A DNA stretch of 62,027 nucleotides, counting the filler, from Hausera hauseri (Eukaryota), in the NCBI GenBank assembly GCA_046269625.1. It is 9 parts of 9 records of this genome, joined end to end, with 100 filler letters (N's around TTAATTAATTAA, not from the genome) between each part and the next. Parts side by side here need not be neighbours in the genome. Positions count along the whole stretch, not along the records: positions 25,476 to 31,329 come from JBJURY010179195.1; positions 31,430 to 36,516 come from JBJURY010340380.1; 7 more parts are not named here. One strand, 5' to 3'. Below are positions 25,768 to 36,616 of the stretch, one piece after another. Below the pieces are notes generated by a model. It was not told the origin of the DNA, made no database searches, and worked only from the letters and a program-made list of their open reading frames with translations. The stretch's first letter is position 1. The number at the start of each line of letters is the position of its first letter. Made by a program: the position numbers and the translations under genes.

Positions 25768-26708
25768 TGTATCGAACGTTGGCCTACTATGGCTTCGGCC
25801 GTTCACGCGATTACTTTGTGGGCTAAAGTTTAAATTAATTGAAAAGAAGATAAATGAACAACAACAAGTAGTATCTTGCAAACAAAACAAAAATTTACCT
25901 TGGAATCCAAAATGAATTGACTCGAAAATATGTATTTGCTAAAATTGTACAAAGGGAATCTAACCCTAATATCGTACAATAGGCTGCATAAAAACAAATA
26001 AAATAGCACTTTGGCTTTGGTTGTTCGTCTTGTGAATTTTTCTTTAAGCTTTTATAGTAAATTTCTATTTTGGGGGTGTTTTAGGATAAGTTAGGGTGTT
26101 TTTTGATTTGGTAGGGGTGTTTTGTTATTTCGCGTTGTTCTTTCAGATACACCTGTGGGTGGTGGTCTTATTTATGTAGTTATTTTTTGTAAAATCGTGG
26201 GTATTACTTAAATAATTTATTATATTCTGTGGGTGTTTTTATTAATTAAATTAAAAACTAAATTAATTTAAATACAAAATTAATTATATTAATTCAATAC
26301 AACAGTTCATAAAAAATCAATTTTGCGACTTTAAAATTAAAGTTTGTTAATTCATCATTTATGCAGTTGTGTTAACAAAATAATCAACAATCTATTTTCA
26401 ATTAGCAGTAACTGTAATCTATTTATAGAATATTAAATTCTCATCATTTGCTTTAGTACATAATATCATTCATTCTTAACTTCAACACATTTAGCGTCAT
26501 CACCTTAACCAAAAATTCTTAAAAACCACAACCAACAACTGCAACCATTCTCAACATTTAATCGATTTACGACATAAAAATTAACTGTGCTTTTTCTTAT
26601 AATGTTATCAGTTAATCATTTGTTTTACATTCAGTGCGTAATTTCTGTTCAAAATATATCGTAGTTGCTACTGTAACAACACATTTTTTAACTTGTTCAT
26701 CTTCAACA
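25768..26708 (-). mobile_element. Putative 3' LTR (~940 bp) of an LTR retroelement
   Basis: On the minus strand it starts TGTTGAAG directly after a purine tract, ends TTCGATACA, and has an internal CTATAAAAG TATA box near 26050. Confidence 0.55.
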
Positions 26709-26720
26709 TCATCCCCTCCT
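26709..26720 (-). promoter_or_regulatory. Polypurine tract (PPT)
   Basis: AGGAGGGGATGA immediately 5' of TGT in otherwise very AT-rich DNA. Confidence 0.6.
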
Positions 26721-26874
26721 GGAATAAAATTTTCATTAGAAAATTGTAAAGTGCTATTTTATTTTTACAAGTAAAATATAGAATGATAAAATGACAAATA
26801 TATACAAAAATGAAAAGAAAGAACAGATCTCTAGCAAATCATTCATATGTCATTTCATTAAATACATCAGTTCA

Positions 26875-29232
26875 TTAGATTTGGATTCGTAAAGTCGGTA
26901 TCGAAGATTCTTCTGCTTCCTCTCTGGTGTTTTCAGTTAGTTGGTACAAATTTTCTAGTATTAGTTCGTCTTTTCTGGCGAACAATATCATACGGATTCT
27001 TGATCTCGGAGTATTTCGTAATAATAAAGGTTTGTCCAATCTCGGCTTTGGGATTGGTATTGAGTCCAATTGCATCGGGATTGGCTGAAACGTCTCAATC
27101 GTTTGGTGGTCGAGATGTTTTATCTTGTCAATATTTGAGCCCATTAGTGCTAGATGTAGGGTATTATTCTGGGCATGTTTGTAAACGAGTCCGATGATTG
27201 TACCGTACTCACGGTTTGGTAAAATCAAACGATTTTTTGTAATCGTTGATGTTGCTTTCGGGATAAACTGAACATTGATTGACTGACTGTGACTGCCGTA
27301 TAATAAAATAGATAATTCTAATATGGCTTTGTTTGCTTTTTCTTTGAGATTTTGTATGACCTTGGTGGTGTTCTCTTTCAATTGTTTCACTAGGTCAGTT
27401 TCCTTTGGTACACTGGTTTCTTGCTTATAATCAATATGATATTTGTCTTCTATTTTATTAAAGGATCCCTGGTCCAGCAAATTGTTATTACCGGGGGACC
27501 AGTCAAATTCCCATTTTTCATTGGAACATTGTTTATCTATACTGTTATAGATTTCAAACATGGTCTGGATTATTGTATCTGCTGTTTTGGGGAAGTCATA
27601 TTGAAGACCGTACACAGTAGTTAATTGTGTTAGATTGATCTTGAGGTTGTTTTCAACGAATCGAGATTTCGTATTCTTTGTGGCTAGAAGATCAAACATG
27701 CCAAATAGGAAAGCTTCTGGGATTCTTAGCGCGCGTAGGATTGCAGCTGTATTTACGCTAATTACGACGTATCCGTAAAGGTATTGTATTAATTCTCTTC
27801 TCACTTCTTCCTCATCCGGTGATTGCTGTATAATAGGGATGGAGAGTCCGTGTATGTGCTCATTTGTATTTCCAATCCGTCGTCTTGGATTGATGTACGA
27901 CTGAAATACAATCAATTGCTGCTCATCAGCCACCATTACTTCGACCGGTACACAGTCACCGTTAGGGGCGTAAGCCAACGAGACAGAGAGATATCTGTAA
28001 TTAGGAACTGTCGTTAGTTTGTAATTACAAATATTCTTGTCAGGATATTGCAAAAATATGGGTTTTCGGTAGCCCAATAATGGATCCATTTTATAACAAT
28101 TCTCAATTCCTATTATTAAAGGTGTTTCTAAAACTCGGAAATAAAGAGGCGTCATAAGAGCCGTTGATTTAATTCGAACTGTATTCTTGTTGGCAATGAC
28201 ATTATCCTTTTCATTAGTTGAATTAAACGTATCAGCTTCTGCACGGAGTTGGATTTTCCCTCTAGCCACATGGATTAATAGTTGGTCCGTGGATGGATCT
28301 GGTTGGCATAAGGTAGTTATACTGACGTTGCATAATGCTCTCTCTAATTTTAATATCCGAAAGGATCTATCACAAATGACGGTGGTTTTAAGACTGTTTT
28401 CGAGATATTTGGTTTCGGGATATAATATGTCAATGGAGTCGTTCATTAATTCGATCATTCGTGAATAAAACTTCGATGGGTAAAGGTTTTTCTTTGGATC
28501 ATAAATTGTGACTGATCGGTTCTCTATTAACTCACTCCATAGTCTATTTTTGAGTCGATAAGTTTCGGCTTCTTGTAGATTTTCTTGTACTTGATTTATT
28601 AACTTCGATTTTTTAGATTCGGGCAAGTCCTCTAAGCCAAATCCTTTTCTACGGACTTCCACAATAGAATTTGGTCGAATATTTCTTTTACAGGGTGGAT
28701 TTCGAACCGAACTGGCAAGTATTCCTCTTTGTATCTGAAATCCGGACATCGGGTTCTGGAAGGTGAATAATTGGTTTTGCGATTCTTGTGGCAGTACAAC
28801 CCTTCTTTTAGGGTTGGGAACTACCGAAATGATTGAACTGTCAGAGTCTGATGAATTGTCCAAGTCAGGATTGTAATCATCATTTGTTTGGTTATAGTCA
28901 TTATTAACTTCATTTTCACCTGGCAAAGTGCTCAAAGAATTCATTGTGCTAAAAGAAAAAGAAGTAGTATAGCAAGTCGTATTTAATGGCTTGCTAGAAG
29001 GGTAGGTGGTTACCCTTCGATACTTTATTGGTTTTGTATGTTGGTGCAAATCTATTGGTTTAGATTTGCTATTGTGCTGTAATGCATGTGTTAATACTAT
29101 TGTTCTAGTTGGTGTGTATAATTTGGTGTGTGTATTTTTGGCATTAAATATTTTATCCCTTTCAACGTCGACTATCCACTCCACACATGTTAGACATAGC
29201 AGATGAGTTGACAATAACAAAGTTTTGTTCAT
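26875..29232 (-). CDS. Intact intronless ORF with a catalytically dead DEDDh (REX4/ISG20-like) exonuclease domain; probable start ATG 28944 (689 aa)
   Basis: ~27545-27996 reads YLSVSLAY..VEVMVADEQQLIVFQSYINPRRRIGNTNEHIHGLSIPIIQQSPDEEEVRRELIQYLYGYVVISVN..ILRAL...NLTQL..YGL...MFEIY, which follows the REX4-like pattern but lacks the catalytic D/E/H. Acceptor CTTCTTTTTCTTTTAG lies 4 nt before ATG 28944. Confidence 0.8.
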   Translation of the reverse strand: MNKTLLLSTHLLCLTCVEWIVDVERDKIFNAKNTHTKLYTPTRTIVLTHALQHNSKSKPIDLHQHTKPIKYRRVTTYPSSKPLNTTCYTTSFSFSTMNSLSTLPGENEVNNDYNQTNDDYNPDLDNSSDSDSSIISVVPNPKRRVVLPQESQNQLFTFQNPMSGFQIQRGILASSVRNPPCKRNIRPNSIVEVRRKGFGLEDLPESKKSKLINQVQENLQEAETYRLKNRLWSELIENRSVTIYDPKKNLYPSKFYSRMIELMNDSIDILYPETKYLENSLKTTVICDRSFRILKLERALCNVSITTLCQPDPSTDQLLIHVARGKIQLRAEADTFNSTNEKDNVIANKNTVRIKSTALMTPLYFRVLETPLIIGIENCYKMDPLLGYRKPIFLQYPDKNICNYKLTTVPNYRYLSVSLAYAPNGDCVPVEVMVADEQQLIVFQSYINPRRRIGNTNEHIHGLSIPIIQQSPDEEEVRRELIQYLYGYVVISVNTAAILRALRIPEAFLFGMFDLLATKNTKSRFVENNLKINLTQLTTVYGLQYDFPKTADTIIQTMFEIYNSIDKQCSNEKWEFDWSPGNNNLLDQGSFNKIEDKYHIDYKQETSVPKETDLVKQLKENTTKVIQNLKEKANKAILELSILLYGSHSQSINVQFIPKATSTITKNRLILPNREYGTIIGLVYKHAQNNTLHLALMGSNIDKIKHLDHQTIETFQPIPMQLDSIPIPKPRLDKPLLLRNTPRSRIRMILFARKDELILENLYQLTENTREEAEESSIPTLRIQI

Positions 29233-29269
29233 GATTGCTCGTTTTTTGGAAAATCTCCACCTCTAAAAG

Positions 29270-31329
29270 AAGAAAAAGGCAATTTTTCAGACTCAAAAGG
29301 ATGCAGTGAAGATGTCCAGGAAATTCTTCAATGAACAATCAACTAGTGCAGTAGTACAAACAGGAGGACGAAACAGACCTAGTGTCGCTTTGATCAGTGC
29401 AGTTAAACTGAGAAGGTAGATACATCCTGATGGCAATGCTTTTAAAATCGGATGCGAAAATTTGTACTACCTGCAACAGGACAAAATACATTTCAGGACT
29501 TTCTGGATTCTACTTTTAATGAATCAGTCGGAATATTGGAAGACAATTATTGGGAGTTGAAATCTATCAAAGTTAATTTAATATTAAAAGCCATATATAC
29601 GGGCATAGATTTTTCCTTTTTAAAACTATTTTGATGCAATACCCGCATATTATGTAATACCCACATACTGCGTAATGTAACCATATTATGTAATATCCAC
29701 TATCCGGAATAATCTCATTGTCACTAAAGTGCACAGGGCTTTGCAGTTCACGATTGGCTTCAACATGCAGAACATGATCAGTTACCTGTCCTACCAGAAT
29801 CAAAAAACCACCTGGCGGAAAATTCAGAAAATTATTAACGGGTGTCAATTTTATGTATGTCCAAACTGTGAAGTGATTTCCAGCCTACAATTCCATGAAT
29901 TTCTACAACAACATCAACATCATCTCTCATACTTCAAGAAACCGAAAAAAACTATCGTTCGAGAACACAAAGAGATGATAAACATGGCCAGACAATTTGT
30001 AGCAGACCAACAATTGCCAAGAACATCATCACTTCAACAACAACAGCAAGCAGTTAAGCGGGCAATCAAAGAAAATAAGAAGACTGCCAAGAAACAAAAG
30101 CTTGATGAACATTTGATGATTAAAAAGACTGGACAAAATATGAGACTCGATATACAATGTGTTGTTGACAATAATTATGTTACTCTTTCTTCTGATGTGG
30201 CGCCCGACCAACTTCTTTCCATTCGACCACCGGAGGAAATTTTGACTACTTTGGACTTGTACACTACTCGATTTTCTTCTTGTAAGGTTCAGTACGGTCT
30301 TGAAAATCTTTTTGAGAATGCTGAGGGTGACTTTAAAGAAGCTTATATTTGTCTTCGAGCCGTGCCTTATGAGCAATGTTTTCCACAATCTGTAGCCGAT
30401 AATTTACAGGGGGAAATAGAGAACTTTGCTGAAATGGGTCGTGGGTGGAAAATAGATAAGATTCTGAAATACTGTTTTCATATAGTAAAAACAAGCCCAC
30501 TACCTTATTTGTCTGGTAAGTCCTATATTCCAACACCCGACACTAAAAAATGCAATATCCGTTGTTAATGTACAGAATTAGGATAGTTTATGCTTTCAGT
30601 ACTCCATNNNNNNNNNNCATACTTGCCGTGACCAAATATTCTTCTATTGACATTAATAGGTGTGGATGTAGCAATTACATTTCTTAGTTAGGTGAACTGA
30701 AATATTTTTAGGATGACATGCCGATGAAAATATGCAATATAGGCAAATTTGAGAGGCAAAATCCACAATTGTTGTTTAATGTATTTCTGTTTCATGAGGT
30801 GTATGATGTGGATTTTGATTCAGATATAGTGAAAAATCCATTCGCTGATATTTTGTATAGAAGCAAAAATCCGAATGGTACTGTCGTTAATTTAGTGATT
30901 TTAGAAAATGACAACGACTTTCTCTATGTTGCTGTTCCCAACCTCAAGCGACTGTTGAATATCGACAGTAAAAAACTTCGAATTTAGTGTAAACATTGGT
31001 GTTGAAAATATTTGCATGGATTTAAGCTTGACACTACTTTTGCTAAGCATTTTTCAATGTGCAGTTCTTCTGCGAAGTGCATGACATTGTACAAAATGCC
31101 CGAAAATAAGTTTTACGAATTTATGGACTGGGCAAAATCTGAGTCTTCCTTTTTTCATATATGCTGACTTTGAATGTGTTCTTTGCCCTGACGATAAGGT
31201 TAAACATTCATCTGCCTACTGCAGCCGGTCTCTTGTTAGTAGGACTCACATGTATTGAATATAGGCAATTTGTAGGTGAAAATTCTATAGTTGAGTTTCT
31301 GGCCTATATGGAGGAATTTGTAAAGAAAC
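29270..31329 (+). pseudogene. Decayed N-terminal part of a Polinton/adintovirus-type polymerase B polyprotein
   Basis: QTGG; IENFAEMGRGWKIDKI; SYIPTP; VNVQN.D..CFQYS; PMKICNIGKFERQN; CRKCLHGF-like Zn finger; YADFECVL. Same family as 43558-46130. Confidence 0.75.
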
Positions 31330-31699
31330 NNNNNNNNNNNNNNNNNNNNNNNNNNNNNNNNNNNNNNNNNNNNTTAATTAATTAANNNNNNNNNNNNNNN
31401 NNNNNNNNNNNNNNNNNNNNNNNNNNNNNCAATATGAAATTAAATCGCTTATTAGAAAGATTAAGTATGTATTTAATTAGATATATTTAATTCCTCGTGG
31501 TAATTTTACCAATAATATCTATAATATTATGTATAATATATTCTTGATAAACGCTATAACATTGTTAGAATCCTATGTGTTTTCACCAGTAAAACACTTA
31601 TTTTCACCAGTAAAACACTTATTTTCATTGAATTATTTATTTTGTACTTCTTGATAAATTGATTGTCATCACGGTATAACTGCTAAACGTTCAAGAAAT

Positions 31700-32262
31700 G
31701 ACCTCCAACCACAACAGAATTATGAAATGATGAAGTTCCTACAAAACGGGAGGAAGCAGAGGCTGGTTTCAGACAAATTTGGTGTAAATGAATCGGCTGC
31801 CTCAAAACTGAATAAGCTGCAGGCAAAAATTGTGGCACACTTTGAACAGGGCAAGTTGAACACTACAGTTATGTGTAACAAGTCATTTGTCATACAATAG
31901 GTTGACATGGTTCTTTTAGAATGGTTTAGAACTGTGGCTGCCGAAAAACCTTGAATATCTGAAGCTGTACTCCAAGAAAAGGCACAAGAGTTCGCAAGAA
32001 AACTGAAGTTTGACGACGTCAAAGTCAAGAAAATTGACATGAAATGGATTAATCATTTCAAAACACGTCATTCCATTGTTTCAAAAGAACTTCACCGAGA
32101 AGCAGCGGTTGTAGATGAAGGAATTGTGGTAGACTGCAGAATAAATATTCTTCCAGCAATATTGCAACAATTTTTTCTTTGTGATATTTTCAATGTTGAT
32201 AAGATGGGCTTGTTTTGACGCCTCCTACCAGATAGCACCCATACTTTCAAAGGCGCAACATG
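31700..32262 (+). mobile_element. pogo/Tigger transposase remnant (CENP-B HTH and start of DDE_1), truncated by an insertion
   Basis: VDMVLLEWFR, VLQEKAQEFARKL, WINHFKTRHSI, DIFNVDKMGLF*RLLPDST. Confidence 0.85.
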
Positions 32263-35168
32263 TGTTACGACCCCTTAAGTAACATTCCGAAACATTCCGA
32301 AAGAACCTTCTTAAGAAACCTCCGCGTACATTTACATTTACATCTCACATTATTATGATGACGATTAATTGAATTTTTATATACATTTGATGACGATTAA
32401 ATAAATGATTTTGAATTTTTTCTTATACATCTGGAATGACAATAAACCAGTATTTTTATATTATCTTCTGTCATAAATGTGTTAAGTCCCACATGATGGA
32501 CATCCATACTTTTCCTGTATCTTGTATAATTATTGTATCCCTGACCCTGTTGGTGAACCTAGAGATGCGTACGTCTTCCTGAAAAATAAAAGTATACGCA
32601 AATTATTATTTGCACGTAGATTATTGAATATATTATTTCGAGAATTAATATTTTAGAAATATGCGTAGGTCATTATTTGTGGAACAATTCTAAGATTGCA
32701 CGTTATTACATGAGATTGTATTTTAAAAATTAATATTTTAGAAATATGCGTAAATTATTATCTGTGGACGCACAAGATTGTATTTTGAAAATATTTTGAG
32801 AATATAAGCAAATTATTATCTGTGGATCAATAAAAAAAATGGATTTTGCAAAATGGATATGTCATATTGGAAATGGGGATATAGTGATGTTTGGTTTTCC
32901 AAAATTAAAATTGGAAAATAACGACATAGTGTCGTAATTTCCAAAAATAAATTTACATCATTGAAAGAATTGTTTGGTTTTCCAAAATCCAAAAATAAAT
33001 TTGCGTCATCCCTGAAAATAGAAACACGCAAGTATAAATACTTGCCTAAAAAACCTTACACAACACAACTAAATTCTGAAAAAATTTGAGACTTGAAGAT
33101 TATTAAATCGCAGGTTAGGCCTTAGGTCGAATTTTTGAATTTATTATATTAGTAGGAAACCTTGAAATCGTTATAGAATCATGGCTGGAAACAATGATGA
33201 TGATCAATACAATTCATTGGAAAATGAAGGAGGTACGTATACTCTTCGTTCATCACTCTAGTATTTCATTATTTGATTTTTGATTCTTACCATTTTTATA
33301 TGTAAATTTGTGATGATAATAAAAAATTATAAAAATAAATGACGAGTAATGGTTTGGTCTGCTAATGGATGTCAGAAGATTCGTTGGAAAGGAATTTGAT
33401 CAACCCAATTGGTGGGAAATGTGAAAGCATGATGACAACGGACGGAAGGTTATTTGGGAAACATTCAAAGTGATGATAACTGGTCGGTTGATGCGATATC
33501 GATTCGGAGGATAGAAAATATTTGGTGAATCAGAAGGATGAAATTTATCTTGAGGTTAAATGATGATGGTATCATGATATTAATCGGTTAATGTGGTAAA
33601 TAAATGGGTTAATGTTCATGGCGATGTGTATAATAATAGTATATTTGCCTGATTTATTTTAAGTTGAATGTGTAGTGGTTAAGTCAATGAGACTCGATGA
33701 TCAAAGTCGTATGACTAGTGAAGCATCATAAATGATCACATCGTCTCGATATCAAATGAATTCGATTTGAAATTTATTGATTTTTCAAGAAACTTCTGGT
33801 TGTTGAGTTTGTTGATACTCAGGTTAAATTCACAGGGCCAGCGGAAGATTATTACTATTGTAATGTTCGTCGTGGTACATGATCAATATATGTGATGGAA
33901 CGATCGTATTTCTGAATTAAATGGTTATGATATGTGCGGTGGCCGAACGAACACTGCGGCGGATATGACAAATACAGTGTCGTTGGATAATCACGACGGA
34001 TGTCTAGATTTAATTTATTTATAGACGAATGACAACCATATTATAACACCAGTGATGTATAAATAGATTAATTTTCAACTTTTTAGATTTTCAATTTGAT
34101 TAAATTTCAGATAGATATAAAGAATGAGATCTTCGCTAAATTACGTTTTATTATTTGTAAGAATTTTGACAGACACTACTTTCTTCCGAATATCTGGGAA
34201 ATTCTTCTGCAACGCAATTAAAATTCTTCCGGAACGCAATTAAAGTACTGATAATAAATACAGAACTTTGGAGTAATAATTCGAGAGATTTTTGACTAAA
34301 TTTTATCCAAAATTATTAATGTTGGTTGGCTGATTTCTTCCCTGCTGTTCATCACAAAATTCGAATGTTTCGTTGAATTGTTTTAGATTCTGCGATCGAT
34401 TGGGTCTTATATTGAAGCCCAAACAAGAATGAGGAATCTGAGTTCTATGTTTTATTTTGCATTCCTAAAATATTTATATACCCGATGAAACGGTTTTTGT
34501 AGTACTCTGAAGTTCGATTATAAAGTTTTCTTATTGTGCTTACGTTGTAAGAAACTTTGCGATAAGGCATTGAACCTTATACACTATATGATCTCCGTTG
34601 CACACCCGTTTGTTTCGTTGTGATTCGTTTTTGTAAGTTGGTATAATAGCCGTATGGTTTATTATGTAAGATGTCATGATAAGATGTTTATTCACTGTAC
34701 TATGACAATGGGATTTTAATGGTAGGTATCAAATTTAATAATGATTCACCACCACCGAATTTGAATTAATCAATATCCAAGAAAAGAACAAGTAAACGCT
34801 GATTAAACAATGGATATGATACGAAAAAGCCTGGAAAGGAAGATTACTCTACATAAGGAACTCGAGGAGACTTTACAGCTAAGGGTACAAAAGAAACATA
34901 CAAATGGAGTCAAGAAGAACTCTTAATCCTTCAGATTATTGAGACTATTAGAAGTACACCAGACGGACAGACCGAGAAGTATACGTTGATTAAACGTGAG
35001 TATATTCGAAGTCTACATAGTATTCAAAGGAATTATTTGGAACGAAACGAATCGACTCCATACTCATGAAAACCATTTTCAATGAGGTTATAGCAAATAA
35101 AGATATAGATTTTATATGTTAGGTACCGCTTAAGGTTATTGAGTATATCAACCCCTGTACCACCAACA
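32263..35168 (+). mobile_element. Putative long (~2.9 kb) LTR-like unit
   Basis: Begins TGTTA where the Tigger homology stops, ends CCAACA 7 nt before a PBS. Contains tandem AT-rich repeats (~32640-32830) and TATAAATA at ~33033. Confidence 0.5.
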
Positions 35169-35572
35169 TATAAACTGGTGCCCCGAGTGAGGACACCCTA
35201 TTGTTAAAATAAGAGATGATTTTTAGAAAAGTTGTTATATAAATTTGAAATTTAGATGATGATCCATACGCACCTTTGCGGTGTGAAATATGCTGTGGAC
35301 CACTTGGAAGAAATTATGCGTTACTTCGATGTACGCATATCATGTGCGTAAAATGCGCAGACAAATGGCTATCCAAGAGCCAAACTTGTCCTTTCTGCAG
35401 GAGAAAGACAAGTTCATACCAATGCAGAGGAGCCACAGTGGTGGTGATATTGGACGATGAAGAAGAAGAAGAAGAAGAAACTGAAACAGAAGAGAATGAG
35501 GATCCAACAGCAGAAGAAGACCATGACATAGATATATTTGAACTTACTGGAATTGTTTATGTACCAATTTGA
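33181..35572 (+). CDS. Spliced C3HC4 RING-finger protein with acidic tail (exon 33181-33232 + exon 35256-35572)
   Basis: CEIC-x11-CTH-x2-CVKC-x10-CPFCR RING. Phase-1 donor G|GTACGT and phase-matched acceptor TTTAG|AT give MAGNNDDDQYNSLENEGDDDPYAPLRCEIC. AATAAA follows the stop. Confidence 0.65.
35176..35192 (+). promoter_or_regulatory. Primer-binding site complementary to elongator tRNA-Met
   Basis: TGGTGCCCCGAGTGAGG is 16/17 complementary to the animal tRNA-Met(e) 3' end CCTCACACGGGGCACCA. Confidence 0.75.
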
Positions 35573-35992
35573 TAAAATAAATATTTATCTAAATTTGGAT
35601 AAAGAAATTAATAGAGCTTAAGGTCAATTGGCCAACTTTGCTCTCCTATTTTCTACCTACTCCTTTCCAGTTTGTTCTTTCCTTTTCAACTCTTCTGGAG
35701 GTTTTCCTCTCACCTGGAGGCTGTCCTTTCTTTCTGTCAGGACTCCAGGTGTCGGTGCATGTCTCCAGCAGGGCAGAGAGCAGCAGCAGGAGCGGAGAGG
35801 TGAGGTGAGCCGACGAGCCGAAAAGGAGGGAAGAGAAACGGGGGGAATGGGTATATCGGAAGAAAGCAGGAAGACAAACACAATGAGACTTAAAGGTCAT
35901 TGGAATGATTACGATCATGGATCCCAGACATTGCGTTCTAATTTAGAAGGTTTTTCAAGGCTCGCTCCCCTTACGAAACTAAAGTGATTTAA

Positions 35993-36059
35993 TCTTCAAG
36001 AGAAAAAGGCAGTAAACCAGAAAACAAGGCTAAAAATCGTTACAAGAATATTCTACCCT
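35993..36059 (+). pseudogene. PTPN11: 5'-truncated exon of an SHP2/corkscrew-type tyrosine phosphatase
   Basis: SSREKGSKPENKAKNRYKNILP followed by donor T|GTGAGT. In-frame stop directly upstream. Confidence 0.6.
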
Positions 36060-36616
36060 GTGAGTTATTTTACATTTAAAAAAACTTTTAGACACTCTAC
36101 AATACATACTTTGTTTGTGAATGGTTGCCTCCATCGGATGAACTTTTCCTTTTTAGGCTTTTGTCTAGCTGTATTTGTTTCCTTGTCATTTCTCTGCCTC
36201 TTCTGTTGTTCCTGTATTTTCTCTGCGGCAATGGCAAGACATAGCGATTGTAAAGTTCTACAAGCACTTCCTTGTGCAGACTTTCCAGCTCCTCCCCAAC
36301 ATGTCTTATGTAGCGCTGGTGATAGAGACATGGTTAGACATTAAAACTAAATGCTGTTAACTCTTCCCACACTACTAACTTCACTTAGTATAAATATGAT
36401 TAATTAATCAATGATTATTTTTTGGACATGTACATTGAATGAATGAATAATAGTTTCTATGAAAAGCAATTAAAACTAGACTGCAAAGAACTAGACACCC
36501 CGAGCAGACTAAAAACNNNNNNNNNNNNNNNNNNNNNNNNNNNNNNNNNNNNNNNNNNNNTTAATTAATTAANNNNNNNNNNNNNNNNNNNNNNNNNNNN
36601 NNNNNNNNNNNNNNNN

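Noticed and set aside
31579-31627. Short direct repeats (21-bp x2 here; also ~29635-29700 and ~15735-15960) as CRISPR-like arrays
   Set aside because: Two or three adjacent copies without unique spacers, in eukaryotic DNA with no cas genes; simple local duplications.
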